A stretch of 46,675 nucleotides of DNA from Ruminococcaceae bacterium UBA7067 (GTDB lineage Bacteria > Bacillota > Clostridia > Oscillospirales > Acutalibacteraceae): assembly GCA_002493755.1 (NCBI GenBank), contig DKZT01000024.1, positions 698-47,372 of the forward strand. Direction: 5' to 3'. Below are positions 10,301 through 18,858 of the stretch, in pieces (position 1 is the first letter of the stretch; each line of letters opens with the position of its first letter). The position numbers and the translations under genes are program-made. The notes beneath the pieces were generated by a model. It saw nothing but the letters and a program-made list of their open reading frames with translations, searched no databases and was not told the origin of the DNA.

Positions 10301-10544
10301 CTGCTGTTTCCCAGCCCTTGTAAAAGCATTCGCCCCATGTGTCCGGATTTTGATATATTGAACCCTTGAGTGAGCATATTACGGTTTTACAATCTTCACC
10401 GGTAACAGACGAGATATATTCAATATCAACCCTGCCTAAATTTGAAAGCGACATAATCAAGGCGTCAGATATGCTTTCTGTATGTACTCCTTGTGTGCGG
10501 GCATCACCTGAAAATGCGTTTTCCCAATCAAGAGGTAAATCCAT
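7338..10544 (-). CDS. SF2 SNF2-related (DarB-like) helicase lacking a methyltransferase domain; N-terminal extension cut off by an in-frame TAG
   Basis: HDVGSGKT, LFVDEAH, ATGTP, HHLDVPWRPADMTQREGRILRHGN; C-terminal coiled coil. Confidence 0.88.
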   Translation of the reverse strand: MDLPLDWENAFSGDARTQGVHTESISDALIMSLSNLGRVDIEYISSVTGEDCKTVICSLKGSIYQNPDTWGECFYKGWETADEYLSGNLMRKWYAAQKANEEYKEYFADNIRALDKLLPDTVAAKDIYIILGSPWVPIDIIDDFISYILKNPFTGTMHDELTGTWEIPYKSDYNYRCSVAATHTYGTSRMPALYILERTLNMKTVAVKDEVICHTNASGKKRVINKLETVLALEKQQKMIKAFQKWVWSDEKRKERLEMIFENNFSCVRRRIFDGSFLDFPTMSPSVSLYPHQKNAVARILFSPNTLLAHDVGSGKTYIMIAAGMELKRIGLSNKNLYVVPNNIVGQWEKLFSAMYPDAKLLCVEPKHFTPAKREDVLEQIRDEDFDGIIMAYSCFEQISLSKDFYMEQLKGTLDNISVLASNINKATSKLERKKEAVRKALSTLELAMDNMYDTVYFDELGITRLFVDEAHNYKNVPIETKVDKVLGISSKGSKKCQDMMDKVRLVQKQNNGGGVVMATGTPITNSITDAYVMQKYLQSGELAMLDLQSFDSWIGMFAERVTEFEIDVDTSSYRLATRFSRFHNLPELTALLSSIADFHQVDSSVGIPDFDGYKDALISKTSEFAAYLDDISARAEQVRQGIVSRTDDNMLKITTDGRKAALDMRLVKPNSGFTYQSKVAGCAENVFKIYSDTQSDKSTQLIFCDSSTPKNGFNVYDEVKRLLVAMGVPSEEIAFIHDAGTESKREKLFTRLRSGDVRILIGSTFMLGLGVNIQNKLIAVHHLDVPWRPADMTQREGRILRHGNENKKVYIYRYITEGSFDAYSWQLLETKQRFISGLLSGSLTERSGSDIESTVLDYAEVKALAVGNPLIKERVEAANELTRYLSLQRKAIDNHIRLEKELMELPARITRQKELIEKCGCDLEFYRSNVKEYSKEERKAIRQKLFSAVKGNVLKHSETPSITYQGFQIVLPANMTAEKPFVWLQKSGRYYVELGDTEIGGLIRIDNYLDNLGEHLVKLKDGLSNLCSRQNALKVEVTKKEDYVDRIEELKQRLEKLDKKLGVDKNE

Positions 10545-10784
10545 ACAGGTTACTTCCTTGATGTGTGCCTCTTTAGCCTATTTCGCCTCCTGAGCCTCTT
10601 TTTCCTTGCGCCTTTCTTCCTCTGCCTTAAGAGCCTTTTCGCGTTTTTTGGCTTGTTGTTTAGCTTTTTGCAGTTCAATGATTATCTTGGAAATATCCTC
10701 AGATGATACGGAGTCTGATAACAGGTCTTTTTTAAAAATATCATCCAATGTCAGTTGTTCGTAAATTTGTTTGATAACAGACAT
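10545..10784 (-). pseudogene. True 5' end of the helicase gene, interrupted by TAG at 10578-10580
   Basis: RBS AAAGGAG before ATG 10784; frame continues ..EAK*AKEAHIKEVTC-MDLPL into the helicase ORF. Confidence 0.8.
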
Positions 10785-10878
10785 AGAGGAAAGCTCCTTT
10801 CTGAAAAATAAATTCTTATCCGCTTTTCAACTACTATTGTAATTTGGTCTATGGTGCATTTTTGGTTCATCAGTCCTG

Positions 10879-11079
10879 TTATACTTATAGCATAACAAAA
10901 GAAAAACGGAAAACACGCAAACGATAGGCTTTGCAGTATAGCTTTATTCTGTTTTGCTTGCAATAAATACAAAAAGTCGAAGAAAACCGATTGACTATTG
11001 TATAAAATGATGTTATTTTTATTGTGAGGTGATTGTATGTATGCTGCGCCGCCGTAAAAGCTGATGATTATAATATCCT
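10879..11079 (+). repeat. Paralogous copy of 1-32 joined to 2041-2170 and the WYL start, with the AAA and LRR genes absent
   Basis: 10911-11040 vs 2041-2170 ungapped, 112/130 by manual count; then ATG TAT GCT GCG CCG CCG TAA vs WYL MYAPPPK. Confidence 0.92.
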
Positions 11080-11112
11080 AATCAATCTATTTAATTATAA
11101 GGAGTCAAAGTT

Positions 11113-11733
11113 ATGAATGAAAAACTGAAAAAAGAAATTCTTGAACTGGAAAGGGATTTATATGACGAGGATTTTCCCTTAGTAAATGAGGGTGATATGT
11201 CCCTGTATGATTATGCTGATCTTGTTTCAAGTTCGGTTACCGACCTTAATAACAAACGGAGATTATTATCAGAATTATTGAACAATGCGGAATTACAATC
11301 GGATGAAAAAGAACAGAATACGGTAAATAAAATTAAAAGTGCCTGTCTTTGGCTTGACAAGGTAATTTCTCAATTTCATAACCCTGTAGACGGAATTGTG
11401 ACAACTGCACGGTTGATGGGTATTATAGACGATGAAATGCTTTTTCGCATGGCTGGTTCATTTCCTGTGCTGAACGGCGACACAGCGTTGAATGCCATTA
11501 AAGCCGCTGATCAGGATGGTATAGCTGATATTGACAATGTGGGTACCGATTTTTGGAACGGTGACCCGTTATATTGGGAAATACAGCTCTATTCTTTGTC
11601 AAATAAAACCGACACGAATAAATTCCCTGAACCGATTTATACCTATCTCGTTACCCTTGACGGAGTTGTTATGGATTGCCGTGACGCAAATAATAAGAGC
11701 TATTTTAGTTTTGGTATGAATTTTTTTGAATGA
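11113..11733 (+). CDS. Hypothetical acidic protein, AT-rich
   Basis: 206-aa ORF with RBS AAGGAG; no motif recognised. Confidence 0.7.
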   Translation: MNEKLKKEILELERDLYDEDFPLVNEGDMSLYDYADLVSSSVTDLNNKRRLLSELLNNAELQSDEKEQNTVNKIKSACLWLDKVISQFHNPVDGIVTTARLMGIIDDEMLFRMAGSFPVLNGDTALNAIKAADQDGIADIDNVGTDFWNGDPLYWEIQLYSLSNKTDTNKFPEPIYTYLVTLDGVVMDCRDANNKSYFSFGMNFFE

Positions 11734-11994
11734 TTTTTTTATTGCAACTTACTATTGCAATTTGCGAATTGAAAAAAATACTTAATTATTACGAACCGTT
11801 TGCAAATTAAAATTAATATTTATACAATGCTTTAACTTGTGTTTTTATCGCTATATCTGCAAGCTTTTTGCAAACTTTTTCCGTAACAAAATTCAAGGCG
11901 ATTAAACAGGATTAAAAGAAACCGCATTGGAATGTGGTTTTACCAAGGATAGCTCAACGATACAAAATATGATAAAATGATAAAACTACAACCA

Positions 11995-12007
11995 CTCACC
12001 TCCACCA
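11995..12007 (+). mobile_element. Candidate att core: isolated tmRNA/tRNA-Ala-like 3' end
   Basis: CTCACCTCCACCA with no upstream T-arm, followed immediately by a terminator-like hairpin. Confidence 0.5.
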
Positions 12008-12012
12008 AATAA

Positions 12013-12058
12013 GAACCGCAATTTTGATACAATGGGTATCTTAATTGCGGTTCATTTT
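12013..12058 (+). terminator. Hairpin terminator
   Basis: gaaccgcaatt..gatac/gtatc..aattgcggttc followed by T tract. Confidence 0.7.
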
Positions 12059-12590
12059 TAAAAATAAGCGTGATATTTTTGACAGCATCGTTGATAGAAT
12101 GATACAGATTGATGCTCAAAGAGCAAAAGAATATCAGATGCCGGTTGAACAGTATAATGATATGGCGGATTCCTATGCAAATACATCATGGGAGGATATA
12201 GAAAAATACACCATTGAACAGTTGAAATTCTGGACAGAGGATAGTTTTGCATTGCTCTTTCGAAGAATGCTGACCTTGGAGCAATATCGAAATGCCGAAA
12301 TGGCAGAGCTTTACAGTCAGTGCATTGTTGAAGGACCGGTTTCCTATATGGAAGATTTATTTCGTGAACTGACAAAAAAAGGTGTGTTTAAGGAAGAAAA
12401 CCCCGGACAGCTTGCAGTAGAGTATTATGCACCGCTTTTTCTTCTTATCAGTTTGTCCGATAAAAAAGGAGAAAATGAGGAGTATGCCCAAATTCTGCGT
12501 AATCATACAAAACGGTTTATGCAGAGTCATAGAGTGAAATCGGGAGGGGAAAAAACGAAAAACAAAAATTTAAAAACATATAGAAAATAA
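12053..12590 (+). pseudogene. 5'-truncated TetR/AcrR-family regulator
   Basis: Begins at FKNKRDIFDSIV (end of a TetR HTH), fused directly to the hairpin; no RBS or start codon context. Confidence 0.75.
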
Positions 12591-12621
12591 ATAAAAGAAA
12601 TAGAAAGGTTGAGAGAAAATA

Positions 12622-13248
12622 ATGATTACAAACAATATTACAATTCGTTTAGAGAAAAAAGAAGAATACCGAGAGGTTGAAAATTTGGTAAGAGAAAGCT
12701 TTTGGAATGTATATCGTCCCGGATGCTTTGAGCATTATGTATTAAATCAGCTTCGAAACGATCCGGCATTTGTTCCTGAGCTTGATTTTGTTATGGAGCT
12801 GGACGGTAAGATCATAGGTCAGAATATGTTTATGAGAGCAATCATAAAGTCAGATGACGGAAGAAGTATTCCCATTATGACAATGGGACCGATTTGTATT
12901 ACACCTGACCTCAAAAGAAAGGGATACGGCAAAATCTTATTAGATTATTCTTTAGAAAAAGCAAAGGAACTTGGATGCGGTGCTGTCTGCTTTGAGGGCA
13001 ATATTGACTTTTATGGAAAGAGCGGTTTTACTTATGCAAGTAAATTCGGCATTCGTTATCATGGTGTGCCTGAAGGTGAAGATGCGTCATTCTTTTTGTG
13101 CAAGGAATTGATTCCGGGATATCTTAATGGAATTACGGGAGAGTATGCAACACCACAGGGGTATTTTGTGGATGAAGCAGAGGTGGAAATGTTCGATAAG
13201 GAGTTTCCGGTTAAAGAAAAATTAAAGCTTCCGGGTCAACTATTCTAG
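12622..13248 (+). CDS. GNAT-family N-acetyltransferase
   Basis: IRLE..., MGPICITPDLKRKGYGKILL (acetyl-CoA motif A), FYGKSGF. Confidence 0.9.
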   Translation: MITNNITIRLEKKEEYREVENLVRESFWNVYRPGCFEHYVLNQLRNDPAFVPELDFVMELDGKIIGQNMFMRAIIKSDDGRSIPIMTMGPICITPDLKRKGYGKILLDYSLEKAKELGCGAVCFEGNIDFYGKSGFTYASKFGIRYHGVPEGEDASFFLCKELIPGYLNGITGEYATPQGYFVDEAEVEMFDKEFPVKEKLKLPGQLF

Positions 13249-13278
13249 AATGTTTGTAGATTAAAAGGAAAATAATGC

Positions 13279-13309
13279 TTGACTCGTCCCTTAGGGGAGG
13301 TTGTATCAT
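13279..13309 (+). promoter_or_regulatory. MerR-type promoter (19-bp spacer with dyad)
   Basis: TTGACT-cgtcccttaggggaggttg(19 bp)-TATCAT; dyad TCCCTTAGGGGA in the spacer. Confidence 0.72.
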
Positions 13310-13337
13310 AGCCTTACAAACAAAAAGGATGCTATGT

Positions 13338-13427
13338 ATGAATATGTGTATTGAAGTAATAGACTTAACCAAGTCATTTAACGGAAGAGTAGTTGCAGTA
13401 CAAGCTCTTGGGAGAGTACAGCAGTGA
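13338..13427 (+). pseudogene. N-terminal fragment of an ABC transporter ATP-binding protein
   Basis: MNMCIEVIDLTKSFNGR then stop at codon 30. Confidence 0.55.
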
Positions 13428-13450
13428 ATGAAATTTGAGGAGAGTATAGA

Positions 13451-13582
13451 ATGGGAAATTTAGTAATATATGTACACGGCAAAGGAGGCAGTGCAGAAGA
13501 AGCAAAGCACTTTCTGCCTCTCTTTACTGAAAGTGATGTTATTGGTTTTGACTATAAATCGCAAAATCCTCTTTCAGGTTGA
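13451..13582 (+). pseudogene. N-terminal fragment of an alpha/beta hydrolase
   Basis: MGNLVIYVHGKGGSAEEAKHF..DVIGFDYKSQ then stop; RBS GAGGAG. Confidence 0.65.
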
Positions 13583-13659
13583 AAGAAGTATGATATATTA
13601 AAAACAGATGTTACGAAACAAGTGTTTTAAAACAATAATTTTGAAGCGGAGATGACATT

Positions 13660-14158
13660 ATGCCGCCAAAAACGAAATATACGAAAGAAGAAATTGTAAA
13701 TGCAGCCTACGAGCTGACTCGGGAGAAGGGTATTGACGCAGTTGTGGCTCGTGAAGTCGGGAAACGGTTGAACATATCGTCCTCACCTATCTTCACCGTA
13801 TGGAACAGTATGGATGAACTCAGGGAGGAAGTGCGAAAGCTTGCAAAGCAGAGGTATCAGGCATATATGGCAGATGTTTTCGACTACTCGCCATCGTTTA
13901 AAGAGTTTGGAATGCGGTGGGTAGGATTTGCTGAACCGTATGATTATATTCGCCAACGGCATCGCAGCTTTTGTCATTACCGACAAGGACAGCTTTTCAG
14001 AAGAGGTGGTTAGCCGTGATCTCAGTCAGGTGTGTATCGGTATTGTGATAACAGACAAGCTGAGGGACGGCACAATGGATACGACTGCTGCAAAGAAGAT
14101 GGCAGAATCCTCAGCCTGTGGGATCACGCCGCAGAAAAAACAGAATACAGTTAAATAA
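13660..14158 (+). pseudogene. TetR-family regulator with internal deletion/frameshift near 13930
   Basis: MPPKTKYTKEEIV..AREVGKRL..SSPIF HTH; C-terminal IFANGIA segment is in another frame. Confidence 0.8.
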
Positions 14159-14192
14159 GACGAAAGATAAAGTATGTTACGGAGATAAAAAT

Positions 14193-14590
14193 ATGCGTAT
14201 AGAACATATTGCAATGTATGTAAATAATCTTGAAAAAGAGAAAGAATTTTTGAAACCTATTTTCACGCAAAAGCAGGAGAAAAATATGTGCATAAGGAAA
14301 TCGGATTCAGTTCCTATTTCTTGGAGTTTCAGGATGGAGCAAGGCTGGAATTAATGCATAACACTGAAATGGATGATATAGAAAAATACAGAAAGCGAAC
14401 AGGATTTATACATATTGCATTTTCAGTTGGCGGAAAAGATGATGTGGATAGAATTACGGAGAAAATAAAGAATGACGGATATGAAGTAATCAGCGCCCCT
14501 CGCACAACAGGTGATGGCTACTACGAAAGCTGTATACTTGATACGGAGGGAAATCAGATAGAGATTACGGCTGATGCATATTTGGGGTGA
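14193..14590 (+). pseudogene. VOC/glyoxalase-family protein with a frameshift in the T run at 14247-14251
   Basis: MRIEHIAMYV; one extra T restores EFFETYFHAKAGEKYVHKE..ARLELM..HIAFSVG..PRTTGDGYYES..EGNQIEIT. Confidence 0.85.
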
Positions 14591-14670
14591 TGAGGTTTTG
14601 TCAATTATGCCGTATGGCTTGATTATTTATGCAAACAGTAACGCATCGGGCAATGCTTCGCTTCTTAAGA

Positions 14671-15543
14671 TTATGAAAAAGTTCTTCTGTATTTTGCCGG
14701 TGTAAGACCGTATTTCTTCTGAAAAGATCTCGTAAAATAGGAGTGATTATTAAAACCGCAGTTGGCGGCAATATTAATGATTTTTTGCTCCGTTTCCAGT
14801 AATTGCTTTGCAGAAAGCTCAAGCCGATAGTTCACCAGATATGCGGTAAAACTCATACCGGTCAGTTCTTTGAATAATTTCATAAAATGGCTCTCGGAAA
14901 AGCCGCAAAGGTCAGCCATTTCTTTTATAGTAATATTTTGCGCATAGCTGTTTTGTATATGGTACAAAGCAGCTTTTAATTTGGAGTAATTTGCCTGCAA
15001 AAGGACTTCATTTTTGTCTGCGTTTATACAGGCTTGGTTCAGATGATGCATAATCATAAACAGGTTGGATTTCACAAGATATTCGCAGGTTGTATAGCTT
15101 TCTCTTCTGTGTTCAATTAAGGAAAGAAGCAATGGGGTTAAATGGGTATTCAGCTCGCTTCCCTTTCGTTCACAGCAATTTACGCTTTTTTCGTGAGTAA
15201 GAAAGTGCTTCAGATATTTATCATAGAGGCTGTTTTCTTCGGATTTTTCCAGAACAGAAAAATTAAACACAATATTGAAATATTCTGCACAATGGGAATC
15301 TATCTGTTCTATGGAGTGTATTGTGTGCGGCATCAGAATGATAATGTCGCCTTGTTGCACCTCATAGGTATTAGACCAGACTGTAATTTTTAAACATCCC
15401 TTGGTAATGTATATAATTTCTGCTTCATCGTGCCAGTGGAGAGGATAGGAATGTATAAAATCAGGAATTTTTCCGTGATAGACGATGTAAGGGAAGTCGA
15501 TAGTTCCGTGAATTTTCGTTTCGTGCAGTAATGTATTGTTCAT
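14671..15543 (-). CDS. AraC-family transcriptional regulator (cupin + HTH)
   Basis: PLHWHDEAE; IAANCGFNNHSYFTRSFQKKYGLTPAKYR. Confidence 0.95.
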   Translation of the reverse strand: MNNTLLHETKIHGTIDFPYIVYHGKIPDFIHSYPLHWHDEAEIIYITKGCLKITVWSNTYEVQQGDIIILMPHTIHSIEQIDSHCAEYFNIVFNFSVLEKSEENSLYDKYLKHFLTHEKSVNCCERKGSELNTHLTPLLLSLIEHRRESYTTCEYLVKSNLFMIMHHLNQACINADKNEVLLQANYSKLKAALYHIQNSYAQNITIKEMADLCGFSESHFMKLFKELTGMSFTAYLVNYRLELSAKQLLETEQKIINIAANCGFNNHSYFTRSFQKKYGLTPAKYRRTFS

Positions 15544-15648
15544 ATTTGTTCGCTCTCATTAAAGAATAGGATTGTGTTAAAAAATAAAGGATATAATGCA
15601 AGAATTATAACATATACTGTAATATAATGCAATTAGAGGTGAGGAGAT

Positions 15649-17367
15649 ATGAATATTGAAGGAATCATTCATAGGTGTGCTTATACGGATTGCTATGCAC
15701 GAAATGAGAACGAATTGGTAATCAACATACGGACAAATAAGGATATTACAGCAGTCAACCTGATATATGAAGATCCTTATATCAACGGTGCGTCGGGAAG
15801 AAGACCGTGGTGTGGAAAAAGGGCATCAATGAATGTATCAATGGAACTTAAAAACTGCCTGATATGGACTTTGGTTGTTTCACCGGAATTCAAAAGATTA
15901 CAATACTATTTTGAAATTATTTAAAATGATGAGAAGCGAAATCTGTTTGAAGACGGTTTGTATACGGACGATGAGATAGAAACGGAAGGTATTATGAAAC
16001 AATACTTTAAGTATGCGTGGATGAATTCCTCTGATTTATATCATTCTCCTGAATGGGTGGAGGATACGTTCTGGTATCAGATTATTCCGGACCGTTTTTG
16101 CCGTATCCCGGATTCTTCAATCAAAAAGCAGTTTTCCGATTGGAATATTACGGAGAATATGAAATATAATCAGACCTACGGAGGAAATCTCCGAGGAATT
16201 ATCAGTAAGCTTACATATCTTCAAGATTTGGGAATAAATGGGATTTATCTTACTCCAATTTTTCAATCACCCAGCGACCATAAGTATAATACAACGGATT
16301 ATCAAACGATTGACCCTGATTTCGGTACAGAAGAGATTTTCAGAGAGCTGGTAGACACGGCTCATAATCTGGGAATTAAAGTTATGATTGACGCGGTATT
16401 CAACCATTCCGGGCGGGAATTTTTTGCATGGAAGGATGTAGTGAAAAATAAAAAAGCGTCAAAATATTATGACTGGTTCTTTATACAAGAGGACGATTCC
16501 TACTTTTCCTTTGCATTTGTAGATGAAATGCCAAAGCTTAATACAAATAATCCGGAAGTGGCAGATTACCTTTGCCGAATGTGCAGGGCATGGATTGAAA
16601 AATGGAATATTGACGGAATCAGATTTGATGTAGGCAATGAAATTTCTCATTCGTTTATTAAAAAGCTGCACAGAGAATTAAAGCAGATGAAACCGGATTT
16701 GTTCCTTTTAGGTGAAATATGGAACGACTCCGTTCAGTGGCTTCAGGGAGATGAATATGATTCGGTTATGAATTATCCCTTTATGGAAAGCCTGAACAAT
16801 TTTTTTGTAAATAAGAATCTGGATTCAAAAGATTTTATGTATATCATCAACCATTGCTATTCGCTGTATATGTCGCAAGTGAACAAAGTGCTTTTCAATT
16901 TTTTAGATAGTCACGATGTGGGGCGAGTCTATTCCAGATGTGACAATATTGACGCCTTTTTTCAACAGCTTGCGGTACTTGTGACAATGCCGGGAACACC
17001 TTGCATTTACTACGGAACAGAGATTGCAATGGACGGAAAATGCGGACCATACAACAGAAAGCCTATGCCTTGGAAAGAGATTGACTGCGGTAAATATGAC
17101 GCTGTTATTGAAGAGGTGAAATCGCTTATTCGTATCCGAAAAAAGTACGGGGCGCTAAAGGGCAGTGAAATACAATGGAAGAATACGAAAGGCAGGCTCG
17201 TAAGCTTTGCAAGACCGGGCGATGAAACCGTTGAAGTATACATAAATGCCGGTGAGAAACAGCTGCCGATTGATTTACAGGAACAGGAAATTATTTTTGC
17301 ACGCGGATATATGAATCATATGCTTCTTGCAGGAGGCGTGCTGATAGTCAGGAGGAATTTACAATGA
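15649..17367 (+). pseudogene. GH13 neopullulanase/cyclomaltodextrinase with an in-frame TAA at 15922-15924
   Basis: N-terminal domain ORF and catalytic ORF share a frame; DAVFNH, GIRFDVGNE, GEIW, FLDSHD. Confidence 0.85.
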
Positions 17368-17900
17368 AAAAGATGTGCGTAAATGAAAAGTCATACGAGG
17401 TCATTAAATTGTTAGGTCACGGAAAAGGGGGATATTCTTATCTGGTAACGGACGGGACGAAGGAATATGTGCTGAAGCAGATTCACCACGAACCCTGTGA
17501 CTATTATAAGTTCGGAAACAAAATTGAATCGGAAATGAAGGATTATAAGCGCTTGAAAGAAATCGGAATCCCTATGCCTGAGATGTTTGAGGTTGATATT
17601 GAAAACGAAAGAATCCTGAAAGAGTACATAAAGGGAGATACCGTATTTGATTATGTTTTGCGAAATGAGGTAAAACCGACTTTTGTAGAGCAGGTGAAAG
17701 AAATGTGCGTAGATTTATATGCTGCGAATACGAATATCGATTATTTCCCGACTAATTTTGTGGTTCAGGAGGATAGGCTATACTACATTGATTACGAGTG
17801 TAACGACTATATGGACGAATGGAATTTTGAAAACTGGGGAATAAAATACTGGTCGCAGACAAAAGAGTTTTTGGAATATGTCAATAAAGGAAAAAATTGA
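17364..17900 (+). CDS. Small protein-kinase-like fold protein
   Basis: LLGHGKGG loop, VLK, DYFPTN, YIDYE. Confidence 0.6.
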   Translation: MKKMCVNEKSYEVIKLLGHGKGGYSYLVTDGTKEYVLKQIHHEPCDYYKFGNKIESEMKDYKRLKEIGIPMPEMFEVDIENERILKEYIKGDTVFDYVLRNEVKPTFVEQVKEMCVDLYAANTNIDYFPTNFVVQEDRLYYIDYECNDYMDEWNFENWGIKYWSQTKEFLEYVNKGKN

Positions 17901-17920
17901 AATAGGAAAAGAGATGCATT

Positions 17921-18046
17921 ATGAAAAATTATAATCAAGTTTATGTGAAAAATAGTTTTGAAGCAGCAAAATTGTATTGCAAAGCATTTGGGGCAGAGAT
18001 TACATGTGAGTTTAAAAACGGTTACTGCAAAAAGGAGCAACCCTAA
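17921..18046 (+). pseudogene. N-terminal fragment of a VOC/PhnB-like protein
   Basis: QVYVKNSFEAAKLYCKAFGAEI then runs into a hairpin and stop. Confidence 0.5.
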
Positions 18047-18068
18047 AAAGGTTACTCCTTGAATTTTT
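18032..18068. terminator. Hairpin terminator
   Basis: aaggagcaacc-ctaaaaa-ggttactcctt. Confidence 0.55.
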
Positions 18069-18399
18069 ATTAATAGATGGACTGGAGTTTTCAGATTTTT
18101 CTACAGCTTTTATCATTTAATCCCCATGCTGTTAATTCAAGCTGTAAAAATCTTTCATCATTATATGCTTTAGCCAGACTGTCCGGCATTAAGCGAAAAT
18201 CCTTAACAATGCCTTTTTTATATTTCAGTTTAACTAACACCGTCTTGTTTTCAGATGTACGCAGTAAATTCAGCATACTTTCAAAGTCACCATTGCTTTT
18301 TCCTTGCGAGGTTGAAAAACGCTTGGTGCTTATGTTGTTTCAGACTCCAGGATTTCCGGTGTAATTTCCGGTGGAATCGGGCAATGATACGGATGATTC

Positions 18400-18610
18400 C
18401 CTGTCTTTTCTTTTCGGCACGAAATCCCGTATTAAGACCTGCCTGTCCAACGGTTATTGAAAAGCCTTCATTTTTCAGAAAAGCAACATAATCCTTTACT
18501 GATTGCTTCTCTTTGAACCGAATTTCAGCATTTTCCCAGATTTTATCACTCAGCTTATAAAAGTCCTCAGCTCTTTCCTCAAGATACTGAATCACCGACC
18601 ACTTATCCAT
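18400..18610 (-). pseudogene. N-terminal fragment of an M20 amidohydrolase (AbgB-like)
   Basis: LSDKIWENAEIRFKEKQS..LKNEGFSI..AGLNTGFRA; similarity ends abruptly; left boundary approximate. Confidence 0.7.
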
Positions 18611-18829
18611 TTGTAAATCTCCTCTCTTTGATTTGTTCACCGGTTTATGTCATTCCCTGTTTTTCTCATAATTGATTCTTCGTTTACCTGAAAAACACAC
18701 TGTCAGGGCAACGAAAAGCAGAGCTTCTGCCTTCTTATTTATTAGATTATCATAATTCTTTAGCCTCGACAATAGAATTTTTAAAAAATCCTGATATTCA
18801 ATATTGCAAAAACAATTTTACAAAACAGC

Positions 18830-18858
18830 GTGACATCTGAATAATTTTATGTTATAAT
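18830..18858 (+). promoter_or_regulatory. sigmaA promoter of trpB2
   Basis: GTGACA, 17 bp, TATAAT with TG extension. Confidence 0.65.

Noticed and set aside
7338-10544. Conjugative element (ICE) marker
   Set aside because: No relaxase, VirB4/VirD4, integrase or methylase domain in the window
11930-12007. Intact tRNA or tmRNA gene
   Set aside because: Only the CCACCA end is present; no GTTCRA T-loop or cloverleaf upstream
18091-18276. Small minus-strand ORF (61 aa)
   Set aside because: No RBS or recognisable motif; possibly the tail of another remnant but unsupported
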